64,000 nt of DNA from Candidatus Latescibacterota bacterium. GTDB taxonomy: Bacteria; Latescibacterota; UBA2968; GCA-2709665. The stretch is taken from positions 1,568,001 to 1,632,000 of the forward strand of contig OZ242180.1 in assembly GCA_965205485.1 (NCBI GenBank), read 5' to 3'. Position 1 is the stretch's first letter. Each line of letters begins with the position of its first letter. Made by a program: the position numbers and the translations under genes. Shown here piece by piece: positions 1 through 11,328 of this stretch. The notes under the pieces were generated by a model. It was given only the letters and a program-made list of their open reading frames with translations, searched no databases and was not told where the DNA came from.

Positions 1-75
1 TAATCCTGGTCGGTTCTGGTTTTAATCCTGCTTAATCCCGGTCGGTTTTGATCCTGTGCATCCATGCAAATCCCG
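1..75. repeat. Degenerate ~9-nt (TA)ATCCTG repeat tract, cut by the window edge
   Basis: taatcctgg..ttaatcctgc ttaatcccgg..atcctgtgc atccatgc; the same motif recurs at 2987-3096. Confidence 0.6.
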
Positions 76-82
76 ATTGGCT

Positions 83-1345
83 ATGGGACATCCGGTAGAA
101 AAATTCCTGCTGATATCCATCGACTGCCTCCGGTACGATTCGGTGAGCCGGGTCAATCGCAGGCTGAACACGCCCAAGTTCGACCTGTTGACACGGGATT
201 ATGCGTTCGCCGAGCGTTTTTTCGTGACCGCCCCTGCCACGCGCCCGTCTCACACATCCATGTTTACCGGGCTATATCCGTTTGAACACGGACTGTGCGG
301 GCAGACGTATCTGAAGATGTTCGCGGGGATTCCGAACCTGTTTCAGCTTTTCTCGGATGCGGGTTATGAAATCCATGGCCGCTCCGAGCGGACGGACGTG
401 TTCCGTTTTCTGGACTACGAGCGTTATATCGGACCTATGGATCCCAACGCGACGGATCAGCATCTCGGTTCGTTGGAAGACTTGCTGCGGTCGGCATTCG
501 AAGGAGAGGACCGGCCGCGGTTCTGTTTTTTGCATTTCTGGTATACGCATGGCGGCTATGGGGCGAGGGGGATTCCCGGAGCGCCGAATCTCAAGGCCTT
601 GATCGACGCCGGCCGGGTGCAGGAGGCGCTCCGGTTTTATTACGCGGCGGCGACGCACGTGCAGGAGTTCCTGCTCGTGGAGATCCTGAAGCGCGTGAAT
701 CTTGACGAATGGGCGGTGTTTATCCTGGGCGATCACGGAGAGGGGTTCTGCAAGGAGGGGCTGGCGCACGGGGACCTGTTGCACGAGAATGTGATCCACG
801 TCCCGCTGCTGGTTTCCCTTCCCGGACACGATGGACTGAAATTACCGCGGGGGCCCCTTGCGACGATCGATCTGTTCCCCACTATTGCAAACCTCGCCGG
901 GCTTTCGGTAGACTATAAAGGATATGGCCGTGACTTGCACGACAACGGGGGTTCTTATCGCGATCGATGGGTGTATTCGGAACTCGACAACCTTTACGGC
1001 GTCGGATTCCTGAACCCGGGCAATCTGCGTGCGGACCGCAATCGGGTGACGTCACGCGTAGCGATGGACGGCATGGAACTGAAGCGAGACGAGGATGGAC
1101 TGCGCATGTGGTCCGTCACGGACGGACGGATCTTCTACAGAGAAAAACTCGACGGTGAGGATTTCGTTCTTCGGGACGTGTTCAGCGGTGCGGAGATGCA
1201 ATGCGAAGATCCCGGTCCCTACAGGCATGCCCGAAACGAGATAATGAGCGGATCCAATTACAAGCACCTCCGGGCGCAGGAAACCACGCAGGCCGAAGCC
1301 GACATTCTGGCAGCAAGATTGAGGAATCTCGGGTATATCGAATAA
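83..1345 (+). CDS. Sulfatase-like hydrolase (alkaline phosphatase superfamily)
   Basis: LLISIDCLRYD, TRPSHTSMFTGLYP, HFWYTH, GDHGE, HVPLL, C-terminal RLRNLGYIE; start placed at ATG 83. Confidence 0.85.
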   Translation: MGHPVEKFLLISIDCLRYDSVSRVNRRLNTPKFDLLTRDYAFAERFFVTAPATRPSHTSMFTGLYPFEHGLCGQTYLKMFAGIPNLFQLFSDAGYEIHGRSERTDVFRFLDYERYIGPMDPNATDQHLGSLEDLLRSAFEGEDRPRFCFLHFWYTHGGYGARGIPGAPNLKALIDAGRVQEALRFYYAAATHVQEFLLVEILKRVNLDEWAVFILGDHGEGFCKEGLAHGDLLHENVIHVPLLVSLPGHDGLKLPRGPLATIDLFPTIANLAGLSVDYKGYGRDLHDNGGSYRDRWVYSELDNLYGVGFLNPGNLRADRNRVTSRVAMDGMELKRDEDGLRMWSVTDGRIFYREKLDGEDFVLRDVFSGAEMQCEDPGPYRHARNEIMSGSNYKHLRAQETTQAEADILAARLRNLGYIE

Positions 1346-1535
1346 CACTTCTAACGACAGGTCGAGTCCGAAAAAATCCCGTACAACTGACGTGCGTGAT
1401 CGATCAAGTATCTTTTCAAACAGGGGACAGGTGTGTATCTTTTAGTGTTGGCACCTGACGAATGGACGAGGCCTTTATGACCTGCACGTCACGAAAATTG
1501 CATCATTTCAAGACATTTAATGGAAAGGAAAAGAA

Positions 1536-1739
1536 ATGCCGATCATGCTTTCGAAGACATACGCCGCTCTGGTCGCCGCCGGGGCACCGGAGGAAGCCGC
1601 CAGCGAAGCTGCCGAGGAAATTGCCGATTTCGAGCAGAAGCTTTCAGCTATGCAAAGCGACATCAAGCTGATTAAATGGACGCTTGGCGTTGTCCTGGCG
1701 TGCGTTGTTGTTCCGCTGATCAAGTCCCTCCTGCAATGA
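1536..1739 (+). CDS. Small coiled-coil protein with C-terminal TM helix (DUF1640/CCDC90-like)
   Basis: YAALVAAGAPEEAASEAAEEI..DIKLIKW followed by a hydrophobic tail; AAAGGA RBS upstream. Confidence 0.7.
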   Translation: MPIMLSKTYAALVAAGAPEEAASEAAEEIADFEQKLSAMQSDIKLIKWTLGVVLACVVVPLIKSLLQ

Positions 1740-1834
1740 GTGAATAGACCGACTCCTTCCTGGAACGGGACAATTTTCCTATATCAAATCAACATTACTG
1801 CTCAAGTACTCGACACAGCCTCTTTCCTCGCTGC

Positions 1835-2674
1835 TCATCCGCGCGAAGGCTCGGGCATCTCCTTCTTTGCCTTTGCGGCCAGTCCGGCCAGGTGGCCGTC
1901 GTGCGCCATGCCCTGCTCGAGATGAATTCTGCGTTCCGGACCGGCGGTTGCGACCATAGTCTCGCCATAGAGACGGTCGATCCAGAAGCGGGCATGGCCG
2001 GAAATGTAATTCTTGAAATCTTCGATTCTCTCATCGGGAAAGCGTTGTGAACAGTTGATGGTGAACATGCGCCTTCGAGGGCTGCCGCCGAAAGCGGCGT
2101 GTTTGAGGTTGTGGTTGAACACGGCGATATCTCCGGGCCGGGTTTCCAAAGCAACGCCCGGAAGCAAGTCTTCGCCCTGAACGCCCCAGTTTCGCTCGCA
2201 TTCCCGGATCTGGTCCTGGACGGCCCGGGCGAAGCGATCGTCCAGGATGTGGCTTCCGGGGATAACGCGCAGGCAGCCGGTGTACCGGGCCAACGGATCC
2301 AGGTAGAAGGCGATCTTGACAAAACGAACGGTCTTGCCCCAGCCGTCGGAATGCCACACGGTATCGCCCGCGTAGTAGTTGCCGTCCGAACCGACGTAGT
2401 TGTAATCGAATCCGAGCAGGTCGACAAGAAGCCCGTTGATGCGGGGATCGTCCAGAAGGGCGCAGAGGCGTTCGTGCTGGTCGATGAACGGTACGATGCA
2501 TGACCGCCGTTCTCCGTCGTGCGGCTTTCCGTAGTGCCCGCCTCCGCGGTCCGTCCAGACATGCTCGAATGCGTCGATGACGTCGTCAATAACGTCGGAC
2601 ATCAGACCGGGCAGGCACAGATATCCGAACGTGTCGAAAAACGCGAGTTGCTGCCGGGTGAGCAGATTTGGCAT
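1835..2674 (-). CDS. Phytanoyl-CoA dioxygenase (PhyH) family Fe/2OG dioxygenase
   Basis: FFDTFGYL, WHSD, GCLRVIPGSH, HNLKHA. Confidence 0.9.
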   Translation of the reverse strand: MPNLLTRQQLAFFDTFGYLCLPGLMSDVIDDVIDAFEHVWTDRGGGHYGKPHDGERRSCIVPFIDQHERLCALLDDPRINGLLVDLLGFDYNYVGSDGNYYAGDTVWHSDGWGKTVRFVKIAFYLDPLARYTGCLRVIPGSHILDDRFARAVQDQIRECERNWGVQGEDLLPGVALETRPGDIAVFNHNLKHAAFGGSPRRRMFTINCSQRFPDERIEDFKNYISGHARFWIDRLYGETMVATAGPERRIHLEQGMAHDGHLAGLAAKAKKEMPEPSRG

Positions 2675-2986
2675 ATCGGCACCTCTCTCGGATGTATATG
2701 GTTACTGGATATCCTGCAGGTATACTGTACGAATTTTCGCCGAAAGTCCACATACATGATAGTGAATTTCGAACTGTTGTCGAGATATAGTCTGAACTAT
2801 TCTGAATCATTCGCGAAAACCGGAGGTCTTATAGTATATTCAATTGTTCGTCGGTAACCTTAGCGTAGAATACAGCGGGAGTTTTTCTTGAGCGGTGGAA
2901 CTGTGGTGGTCAGCCATGTGTTACGCAGGGTGGACGGACTCATCGCTACGGACCGGAAGAATGAGCATTTAACTTGCTCCCGGTTT

Positions 2987-3096
2987 CTAATCCTGCTCTT
3001 GGCCTTTGTCCTGTTTTTAGTTTCTAATCCTCTTAATCCTGATCGTTTTTGATCCTGCTTCTCGCTTCTAATCCTGTCTATCCTGTCCATCCATGT
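2987..3096. repeat. Degenerate ~9-nt ATCCTG repeat tract
   Basis: ctaatcctgc..ctaatcctcttaatcctg..gatcctgc..ctaatcctgtctatcctgtccatccatgt. Confidence 0.65.
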
Positions 3097-3137
3097 AGTC
3101 TCCGGCTTTAGGATGTAATAGTTGCCGAGGAGGCGAT

Positions 3138-4154
3138 ATGTCGGTTCGGTTTGCATTTGTCGGATTTCGTCATGGGCATATACACGACCTTTACAAGCGG
3201 GCGAACGGACGCGAAGACGTAGAGGTCGTGGCTGCCTGTGAAGCGGACGATGCCGCGCGGGGGGCGGCTGCCGCCGCCGGCGCAAACGTCACGCACTCGG
3301 ACTCCGAGCGGATGTTGGGCGAAGTGGATTGCGACGTCGTGGCGATCGGGGAGTATTTCGCCAGGCGCGGCAGTGCGGCCACCCACGCCCTGAACGCGGG
3401 AAAGCATGTCATCGTCGATAAACCATTGTGTACCAGCCTGGACGAACTCGACGAAATCGAACGGATCGCGGGCGAGCGGAATCTGACCGTCGGATGCATG
3501 CTATCCATGCGGGACCACGGACAGACCATCGGCGCGAGGAACATGATTCGGCAGGGTACGATCGGGGAGGTCCACGCGATTTCATTTGGCGGACAGCATC
3601 CGCTGCTGCTGGGGTCGAGGCCGGGCTGGTATTTCGAAGAAGGCAAGCACGGCGGCACCATTAACGACCTTGCCATCCATGCCATTGACTGTCTTCCTTG
3701 GATAACCGGCCTGGAATTCGAGTCTGTCAACGCCGCCAGATGCTGGAATGCCTTCGCGCCGGAGTTTCCCCATTTTCGAGACGGCGCGCAGATGATGCTG
3801 ACGATGGACAACGGTTGCGGCGTGCTTGGAGACGTGTCGTACTTCATGCCTGACAGGGCGGGGTATTCACTGCCGTTCTACTGGCGGTACACGTTCTGGG
3901 GTCGGGATGGCGTGCTCGAGGCAGGCACGACGCAGGATACCATTCAGGTTGCGTGGAAGGATTCGGAGCGGGTGGAATCGCGGTCGATTCCTGAAGATCG
4001 GTCCGGAGGGTATCTTCAGGCATTCCTGGACGATATCCGGGGCGAGGCCGAGGAAGGCGAACGGAGCACCGAATCGGTGATTCGCGCCGCCAGAACGGTG
4101 CTGAAGATTCAGAGGGCGGCGGATGAGAACGCACATGATGTATCCTTGCGTTAA
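3138..4154 (+). CDS. Gfo/Idh/MocA family oxidoreductase
   Basis: AGKHVIVDKP, GGTINDLAIHAID; GAGGAGG RBS. Confidence 0.9.
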   Translation: MSVRFAFVGFRHGHIHDLYKRANGREDVEVVAACEADDAARGAAAAAGANVTHSDSERMLGEVDCDVVAIGEYFARRGSAATHALNAGKHVIVDKPLCTSLDELDEIERIAGERNLTVGCMLSMRDHGQTIGARNMIRQGTIGEVHAISFGGQHPLLLGSRPGWYFEEGKHGGTINDLAIHAIDCLPWITGLEFESVNAARCWNAFAPEFPHFRDGAQMMLTMDNGCGVLGDVSYFMPDRAGYSLPFYWRYTFWGRDGVLEAGTTQDTIQVAWKDSERVESRSIPEDRSGGYLQAFLDDIRGEAEEGERSTESVIRAARTVLKIQRAADENAHDVSLR

Positions 4155-4261
4155 TTTTCTCGCACAAACAGCCTCCTTTGAATATTGACTCTTTGGGTGG
4201 CATTGTTTAAAGTTTGAGAGATTGGAATTTCGGCGGGATTCAAACGTTCCGGGAGCATGTT

Positions 4262-5158
4262 TTGACGTCAACACGACAAATATTGCCGGTCTTTGGTCTT
4301 CTTTTGGTATTGGGATCGGCAGGCCGGGCGACGGCGTCCGGAAAGAGCGCGGGATTCGTGCTGCTTCGGGAGGGAATAGGCGCTCGCGCCGAAGCAATGG
4401 GCGGGGCCTATACGGCGGTCGCGCGCGATCAGACGGCGGCGGCGTGGAACCCGGCGGGCATCGGCGCCCTGACGGGCAAGGACTTTCTGGTGACGCATCA
4501 CAGCTCGTTCCAGGAAATCCAGCAGATCTATGGCGGATGGGCATATGGCAATGGCCGGTCCGGCGTTGCTTTGAGCCTGGGTATCTATTCGGTAGGCGGG
4601 ATTGAAGCGCGGACCGGTCCGTCCTCGCAGCCTCAGGGTACATTCGGCATCTACGAAATCATCGCGGGGCTCACGTACGCGAAACGGATCAGGCCGGGTT
4701 TTTACGCCGGCGCAACCGTGCGCGCATTGCACGAGTCCATCGGCCCCGAGCAGGCATCGGGATTCAGCGTGGACCTCGGTCTGTTTTACCGTTTCAGGTC
4801 GAAGGGTCTGACCGCCGGCGCCAGCTACCGGAATCTGGGACGGATGGAGGTGATGGATACGCAGAGGACGCCTCTACCCGGGACGTTTCGAGCCGGAATC
4901 GCCTGGCGGACGAAGTGGTTGACGGGTTCTCTCGATCTGGGCGCGCCAAGACACGGTTCCGTGGGCGTGCATACCGGCGTGGAACTGCGCGTAAAAGGGA
5001 CGCTGTGTCTGCGTGCCGGGTACCGAACGGGTCACGATATCCGTGACTGGTCGTTCGGATTCGGGATCCAGCCGGGCAGTTGGCGGATGGAATATGCCTA
5101 TGTGCCGGCCGCATTGGGACTCGACGGTTCGCATCGGCTGGAGTTCGGTATCAGGTAG
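4262..5158 (+). CDS. PorV/PorQ-like outer-membrane beta-barrel protein
   Basis: Signal peptide, GIGARAEAMGGAY, WNPAG, LRAGY, terminal HRLEFGIR; TTG start after GGGAG (frame open from 4214). Confidence 0.75.
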   Translation: MTSTRQILPVFGLLLVLGSAGRATASGKSAGFVLLREGIGARAEAMGGAYTAVARDQTAAAWNPAGIGALTGKDFLVTHHSSFQEIQQIYGGWAYGNGRSGVALSLGIYSVGGIEARTGPSSQPQGTFGIYEIIAGLTYAKRIRPGFYAGATVRALHESIGPEQASGFSVDLGLFYRFRSKGLTAGASYRNLGRMEVMDTQRTPLPGTFRAGIAWRTKWLTGSLDLGAPRHGSVGVHTGVELRVKGTLCLRAGYRTGHDIRDWSFGFGIQPGSWRMEYAYVPAALGLDGSHRLEFGIR

Positions 5159-5196
5159 CCGGCATGGAGTCCACGTCAGCGCAGTGACGAGACGGG

Positions 5197-6192
5197 ATGA
5201 ATCGACGGTCGAATGGTGAGGAATTTTTGGGACAGGGCACTACAGACCGCATATGGCTGAACGTCCTGTTGTTCGTCCTGACCGCGTACACGACAACCGC
5301 CGCAGGCGTGCAGATGGCGGTCGCCATGCACGTGGCGGTTTCACCGGAATCCCTTCCACGGGACCTGTACTCGACGGAGCTGCTGTGGAATCCGAAATAT
5401 CTGGTTCTGGGGCTTCCGTTTTCCGGAACCCTGTTATTGATTCTGGGCATCCACGAGATGGGGCACTACCTCACCTCCCGCCGTTGGATGGTGCGCGCGA
5501 CCTTGCCTTATTTCATTCCCTTTCCGTCATTCATCGGTACCCTGGGTGCTGTAATCAAGATCAGATCCCGCATTCCGAATCGGCGCGCGCTATTGGACAT
5601 CGGAGCCTCCGGACCGCTCGCCGGTTTCGTCGTTGCCCTGCTTGCCCTGATCGTCGGGTTGCATCTTTCCGAAATCGTGCCCGTCTCAACCTTTGACGAA
5701 GGCGGGATTTCACTCGGTAATTCCATTCTCGGCGGGTGGCTGACGAATCAGATTATCGGAGACCTCCCCGATGGATTTGCGATCTACGATCATCCGATCT
5801 TCGTGGCCGGCTGGCTGGGCCTCTTTGTGACCGCACTGAATCTCATGCCGGTGGGACAGTTCGACGGCGGGCATATTGTCTATGCATTCGGAGGGGCGCG
5901 CATCCACGCGCTGGTTTCGAAAGCGGCGCTTTTCGTTCTTGGAGGCTTGTGGGCGCTGGGGCCGCCGTATGACTGGCTGTACGTCCAGGATGGAGCCTCA
6001 ACCTGGCTCGATACGCGGTGGCCGGGATGGCTCATCTGGATCCTCATCGCGTTGGCGTTGGGTCGCCGACATTCCCTTACCGGCGACCCCGATCTGGTCC
6101 TCGATCCGTTTCGGAAGCTGATGGGATATCTGTCACTCATCATCTTCGTACTCTGTTTCGTGCCGCGGCCCGTTAGCTTTTCCGTGCCTTGA
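5197..6192 (+). CDS. Site-2 protease (M50) membrane metalloprotease
   Basis: HEMGH, GPLAG, NLMPVGQFDGGH, multiple TM segments. Confidence 0.9.
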   Translation: MNRRSNGEEFLGQGTTDRIWLNVLLFVLTAYTTTAAGVQMAVAMHVAVSPESLPRDLYSTELLWNPKYLVLGLPFSGTLLLILGIHEMGHYLTSRRWMVRATLPYFIPFPSFIGTLGAVIKIRSRIPNRRALLDIGASGPLAGFVVALLALIVGLHLSEIVPVSTFDEGGISLGNSILGGWLTNQIIGDLPDGFAIYDHPIFVAGWLGLFVTALNLMPVGQFDGGHIVYAFGGARIHALVSKAALFVLGGLWALGPPYDWLYVQDGASTWLDTRWPGWLIWILIALALGRRHSLTGDPDLVLDPFRKLMGYLSLIIFVLCFVPRPVSFSVP

Positions 6193-6366
6193 ATTTTCCA
6201 CGGACGCGCTCCGTTTCCCCCGCGCCGGAATTCAGGCCCGACATTCCTCCCCCGATTGAATCCATCTGTCTCCCTGCACCGGTTGATCCCGGTGTGCATC
6301 GGGACCTGCTTACCCGTGCCGGGTCGTGATTCCTCCGGCCCTATCGGTATCGCGATCTTTCATGCT

Positions 6367-7569
6367 ATGGCAAAGACTCCCAACAGGGGCTCCCGCCGAA
6401 TGAGGATGGCCCGCAGGCGGCGACGAACGTCATTGCGCCTCTGGACGCTTGCGTTTGTGCTGGCATTGGCGGTCGGCCTGGCCGGGTGGATGCGCTGGCG
6501 CGAGGACGAGGCCCCTGCTTACGTACAGGAAATCGCGTTGAATCAACAGGCGCAGTGGCGGACACTTCCGGCAGGCCCGCTGGCGTTTGCAGATTCCGTG
6601 GCATCACAGGCGCCCGCGGTTCTGAAAGATCTCGGAATTCCGGAAGGAGTCGCGTCCATCAGGAGGTCGCAAGCGCAGTCCGACAGCACCGCCCGATGGG
6701 TGATGACCGCCGACGTACCCGAAGGGCTGCCATTGGCCGTGTTCAATCTGCAACTGACCCGGCTTGCCCGGCGTCTGGGCGGCGACGTCGTTGAAGCCGT
6801 GGAGGACCGGAATGGCGCCAGACTGTCGATGTTTGTAGGCCTGGACGGTGTCCGAACGAATCAGTTCATACTGAGACGCAACGCCGCGCTCAATCGACTG
6901 CCCGGTCGAGTCGCCATAATCGTCGTCGATTTCGGATATCAGGACGAGGCGTTGATTCGTGGATTCTGCGCGCTGAAACAGACGATCACGTTTTCGGTCT
7001 TTCCACACCGGGAGAAAGCCGCATGGATCGCGGAGCAGGCAGCAGCGGCCGGGCATGGCGTCATGGTGTATCTGTCGATGGAACCCCTGGACTATCCTCG
7101 CCATGATCCGGGTCCGAACGCGGTGTTGATGGACCATCCGCCGGAAAAAATCCGGACGCTGATTCGGATGGCGCGAGCGAATCTGCCTCAGGCAAAGGGA
7201 GTTAACAACCATATGGGATCGCGTTTGACGGAGGACCCCACGGCAATCCGCAGAGTATTGACAGAAATTGACCGCCATGGTCTGTTCTTCGTAGACAGCT
7301 TCACCAGTCCGCGCTCGACGGCCTGGTCTGTCGCGGAGGAGATGGGGATGCCGGCCGGACGAAACGCGATGTTCCTGGATCGAAAAAAAACAAAGGAGTC
7401 GGTCGAACAATCCATCGAAGCCCTGGCGGAAATGGCCGGTAGAACCGGAACGGTAATCGGCCTTGGTGGCGCGACGCCTGCCACTCTGGCGGCGCTCAAA
7501 CGCGTGCTGCCGGAACTCGAACAACGGGGAATCGAATTCGTCAGCGCCGACGAAGCCGTCAGACACTGA
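6367..7569 (+). CDS. Divergent polysaccharide deacetylase family (YibQ-like) membrane-anchored protein
   Basis: N-terminal TM; SMEP, GVNNHMGS, FVDS, RNAMFLD; start uncertain. Confidence 0.8.
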   Translation: MAKTPNRGSRRMRMARRRRRTSLRLWTLAFVLALAVGLAGWMRWREDEAPAYVQEIALNQQAQWRTLPAGPLAFADSVASQAPAVLKDLGIPEGVASIRRSQAQSDSTARWVMTADVPEGLPLAVFNLQLTRLARRLGGDVVEAVEDRNGARLSMFVGLDGVRTNQFILRRNAALNRLPGRVAIIVVDFGYQDEALIRGFCALKQTITFSVFPHREKAAWIAEQAAAAGHGVMVYLSMEPLDYPRHDPGPNAVLMDHPPEKIRTLIRMARANLPQAKGVNNHMGSRLTEDPTAIRRVLTEIDRHGLFFVDSFTSPRSTAWSVAEEMGMPAGRNAMFLDRKKTKESVEQSIEALAEMAGRTGTVIGLGGATPATLAALKRVLPELEQRGIEFVSADEAVRH

Positions 7570-7623
7570 AAGTCAGGTTCGGGGCCAGGCGAAATACCGA
7601 CCCTGTTCAGAATTCAATACCCG

Positions 7624-7652
7624 TTGACTTGCGCTGAAACGCTTGGTATATT
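7624..7652 (+). promoter_or_regulatory. Sigma-70-type promoter of tgt-yajC-fmt
   Basis: TTGACT-17 nt-TATATT. Confidence 0.55.
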
Positions 7653-7706
7653 TGGGCAGCGCCAGGGCTGAGAACCGGGACATATCGCACTGCGGCAATC
7701 GCGTAG

Positions 7707-8912
<1,206 letters not shown>

Positions 8913-8937
8913 AGTAATTCTATCGTTCAGTTCATAA

Positions 8938-9147
8938 GAAGCTGTTTTAAAATTACCGGTGAGTTCCCGAGCGCGAGCGAAAAAGTGGCGGTTATGAGGC
9001 GCGAGGGGCGCGCAGCGCCGACGGGAAAACTCGCCTATGAGAGGCGAGCAAGCGCAGCCTCGATCTCGTAAGACGGGTGGGTTTGACCAACGCCGACCGG
9101 CGCTTTTGCAGCCGCGCGAAGACCGCTGGGAATTTTAAGACGGCTTC
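8938..9147. mobile_element. MITE family A, copy 1
   Basis: TIRs GAAGCTGTTTTAAAATT / AATTTTAAGACGGCTTC flanked by TAA on both sides; near-identical to 20166-20374. Confidence 0.85.
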
Positions 9148-9177
9148 TAAAACTGATTCTTTCAAGGAGGGTTACCT

Positions 9178-9504
9178 TTGTTTGGCGTAAGCGAAGCATT
9201 CGCAATGGGCGGCCAGCCGACCGATGGGTCCGGCCCGGGATTCCTCGTGCAGATTTTCCCTTTGTTGTTAATGGTCATCGTCGTCTACCTGTTGATCTTT
9301 CGCCCCCAGATAAAAAAACAGAAGGCGCAGCAGGCGATGATCGACAGCCTGAAAAAGGGCGACAAAATCGTAACGTCAGGGGGGCTTCACGGAACGATCG
9401 TGGGTATCAAGGACGAGGAGGGTATCCTGGTCGTACAGGTCGCCAAGGAAGTCCGCCTTCAGGTTGCCAGGGGATCGGTCTCCCGGGTTGTGGATGAAGA
9501 GTGA
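9178..9504 (+). CDS. yajC: Preprotein translocase subunit YajC
   Basis: FRPQIKKQK, LKKGDKIVTSGGLHGTI; follows tgt; AAGGAGG RBS. Confidence 0.95.
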   Translation: MFGVSEAFAMGGQPTDGSGPGFLVQIFPLLLMVIVVYLLIFRPQIKKQKAQQAMIDSLKKGDKIVTSGGLHGTIVGIKDEEGILVVQVAKEVRLQVARGSVSRVVDEE

Positions 9505-9558
9505 TCGGGGACCTGACCGGGAATGGCACCGGGGATTCCGGCGGAATGGGGTCCCTGA

Positions 9559-10515
9559 TTGGAGACGGATGTGAAGCTGGTATTCATGGGGACGCCCGAC
9601 TTCGCCGTGCCGTCTCTGGACCTTCTGGCGGCTTGCGGCCACGAAATCGCCGCGGTCGTAACCCGGCCGGACCGTCCGCGGGGTCGAGGACGGAAACTGT
9701 CCCCGCCTCCCGTGAAGACGGCCGCCCGCCGGTTGGGAATTCCGGTTATGCAGCCGCACTCTCTGGATGCCACGGACTTTCTGGATCGGCTTAGGCGCTT
9801 CGACGCGGATCTTTTCGTCGTGGTCGCGTTTGTCATATTGCCGCGTGTTGTGCTGAAGATTCCAAGGTTCGGCTCGGTGAACCTGCATCCCTCCCTGTTG
9901 CCGAAGTATCGCGGTGCGGCCCCCATCAACTGGGCGATTATCCGGGGAGAAACCGAGACCGGCATCAGCGTATTCCGCCTGTCCAGTCGGGTTGACGCTG
10001 GGGAGCTCCTGTTTCAGCAGGTCGTGGGGATCGGTCCGGACGAAACGGCGGGAGAGCTCTCGGATCGGTTACGGGTGTTGGGGGCGAACGCACTTGGGAC
10101 GGTTGTCGAAGGGCTGGCAAGAGACGAATTGGCATCGAAGCCTCAACCCGCCACGGGGGTCACACGGGCGCCCCGGCTGGAGAAGGAGGACGGTCGGATT
10201 GACTGGACCCGCGGCGCGGCGTCGATCCGCAATCTGGTTCGCGGAACCAACCCTCATCCGGGAGCGTTTACGACCTGGAGAGGCGAGAATCTCAAGGTGC
10301 ATCGGGCGGCGGTCGCCAACGGAGGCGGGATGCCCGGCGAGGTGGTCGTTGCGGACGGGAGGAAGGGATGTGCGATAGCCGCCGGCGAAGGAACCCTCGC
10401 GATTGAAGAAGTGCAACCGGCGGGCAAGGGGCGGATGAGCGGCGCCGAACTGGTGCGCGGGTATCGGATCGAGCCCGGCGAGATCCTGGGTGACGCCGCC
10501 CGCAACCCCCAATAG
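9559..10515 (+). CDS. fmt: Methionyl-tRNA formyltransferase
   Basis: VFMGTPDFA, NLHPSLLPKYRGAAPI. Confidence 0.97.
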   Translation: METDVKLVFMGTPDFAVPSLDLLAACGHEIAAVVTRPDRPRGRGRKLSPPPVKTAARRLGIPVMQPHSLDATDFLDRLRRFDADLFVVVAFVILPRVVLKIPRFGSVNLHPSLLPKYRGAAPINWAIIRGETETGISVFRLSSRVDAGELLFQQVVGIGPDETAGELSDRLRVLGANALGTVVEGLARDELASKPQPATGVTRAPRLEKEDGRIDWTRGAASIRNLVRGTNPHPGAFTTWRGENLKVHRAAVANGGGMPGEVVVADGRKGCAIAAGEGTLAIEEVQPAGKGRMSGAELVRGYRIEPGEILGDAARNPQ

Positions 10516-10571
10516 ACAACGTCGCAACAGATGAAAGAGCAGTTAATTCTCTCGAAGGAGGTGTTGCGTTT

Positions 10572-11267
10572 ATGTTTCCTCTCTTCTGGGACCCGACACT
10601 GATTCTTGTGATTCCGGGGTTCATCCTGGCGCTGTGGGCGCAGTTCAAGGTCAAGCGGACATTCGCCAGATTTGATGAATTCGGTTCCCGAAGCGGTTGG
10701 ACCGCGGACCAGGTCGCCCGTGATATTCTGCGGAGGGGCCGCGTTTCAGTGAAAGTGGAGAACGTGGGCGGCAAGCTGACCGATCACTACGATCCGCGGG
10801 ACCATACGCTGCGTCTGTCGGACAGCACATACGGTTCGCGTTCGCTCGCGGCCATCGGCGTGGCGGCGCATGAAGCCGGCCACGCGTTTCAGCATGCGCA
10901 CGGGTACTTTCCCCTGAGCCTGCGGACGAATATCGTCCCGGTGGCCAATTTCGGCTCCTGGGTGGGTATGCCCCTGTTCTTTATCGGTTTTTTGTTTCAA
11001 TCCGGCTTTATGCTTCAACTTGGCATCGTATTCTTTTCCTTCGCCGTCCTGTTCGGGCTCGTCACGCTGCCGGTGGAGTTCAATGCCAGCAGCAGGGCCA
11101 TTGCCATTCTCCAGGACGGCGGATACCTGACCCGGGAAGAAATCCCCGCGGCCCGTAAGGTATTGAATGCGGCGGCCTGGACCTACGTTGCGTCGGCGTT
11201 GGTGGCGGTGCTTTCCCTGTTCCGGATGTTGATCCTTTCCGGCCTCCTGGGCGGAAGCGACGAATAA
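10572..11267 (+). CDS. YugP-like neutral zinc metallopeptidase
   Basis: LTDHYDP, AAHEAGHAFQH, TLPVEFNASSRA. Confidence 0.92.
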   Translation: MFPLFWDPTLILVIPGFILALWAQFKVKRTFARFDEFGSRSGWTADQVARDILRRGRVSVKVENVGGKLTDHYDPRDHTLRLSDSTYGSRSLAAIGVAAHEAGHAFQHAHGYFPLSLRTNIVPVANFGSWVGMPLFFIGFLFQSGFMLQLGIVFFSFAVLFGLVTLPVEFNASSRAIAILQDGGYLTREEIPAARKVLNAAAWTYVASALVAVLSLFRMLILSGLLGGSDE

Positions 11268-11328
11268 AGCCCGGACTTTTAAACCAGGCGATAGCCTCAA
11301 CGCCCGGGCTTATGCGAGGAGGGGAGTG

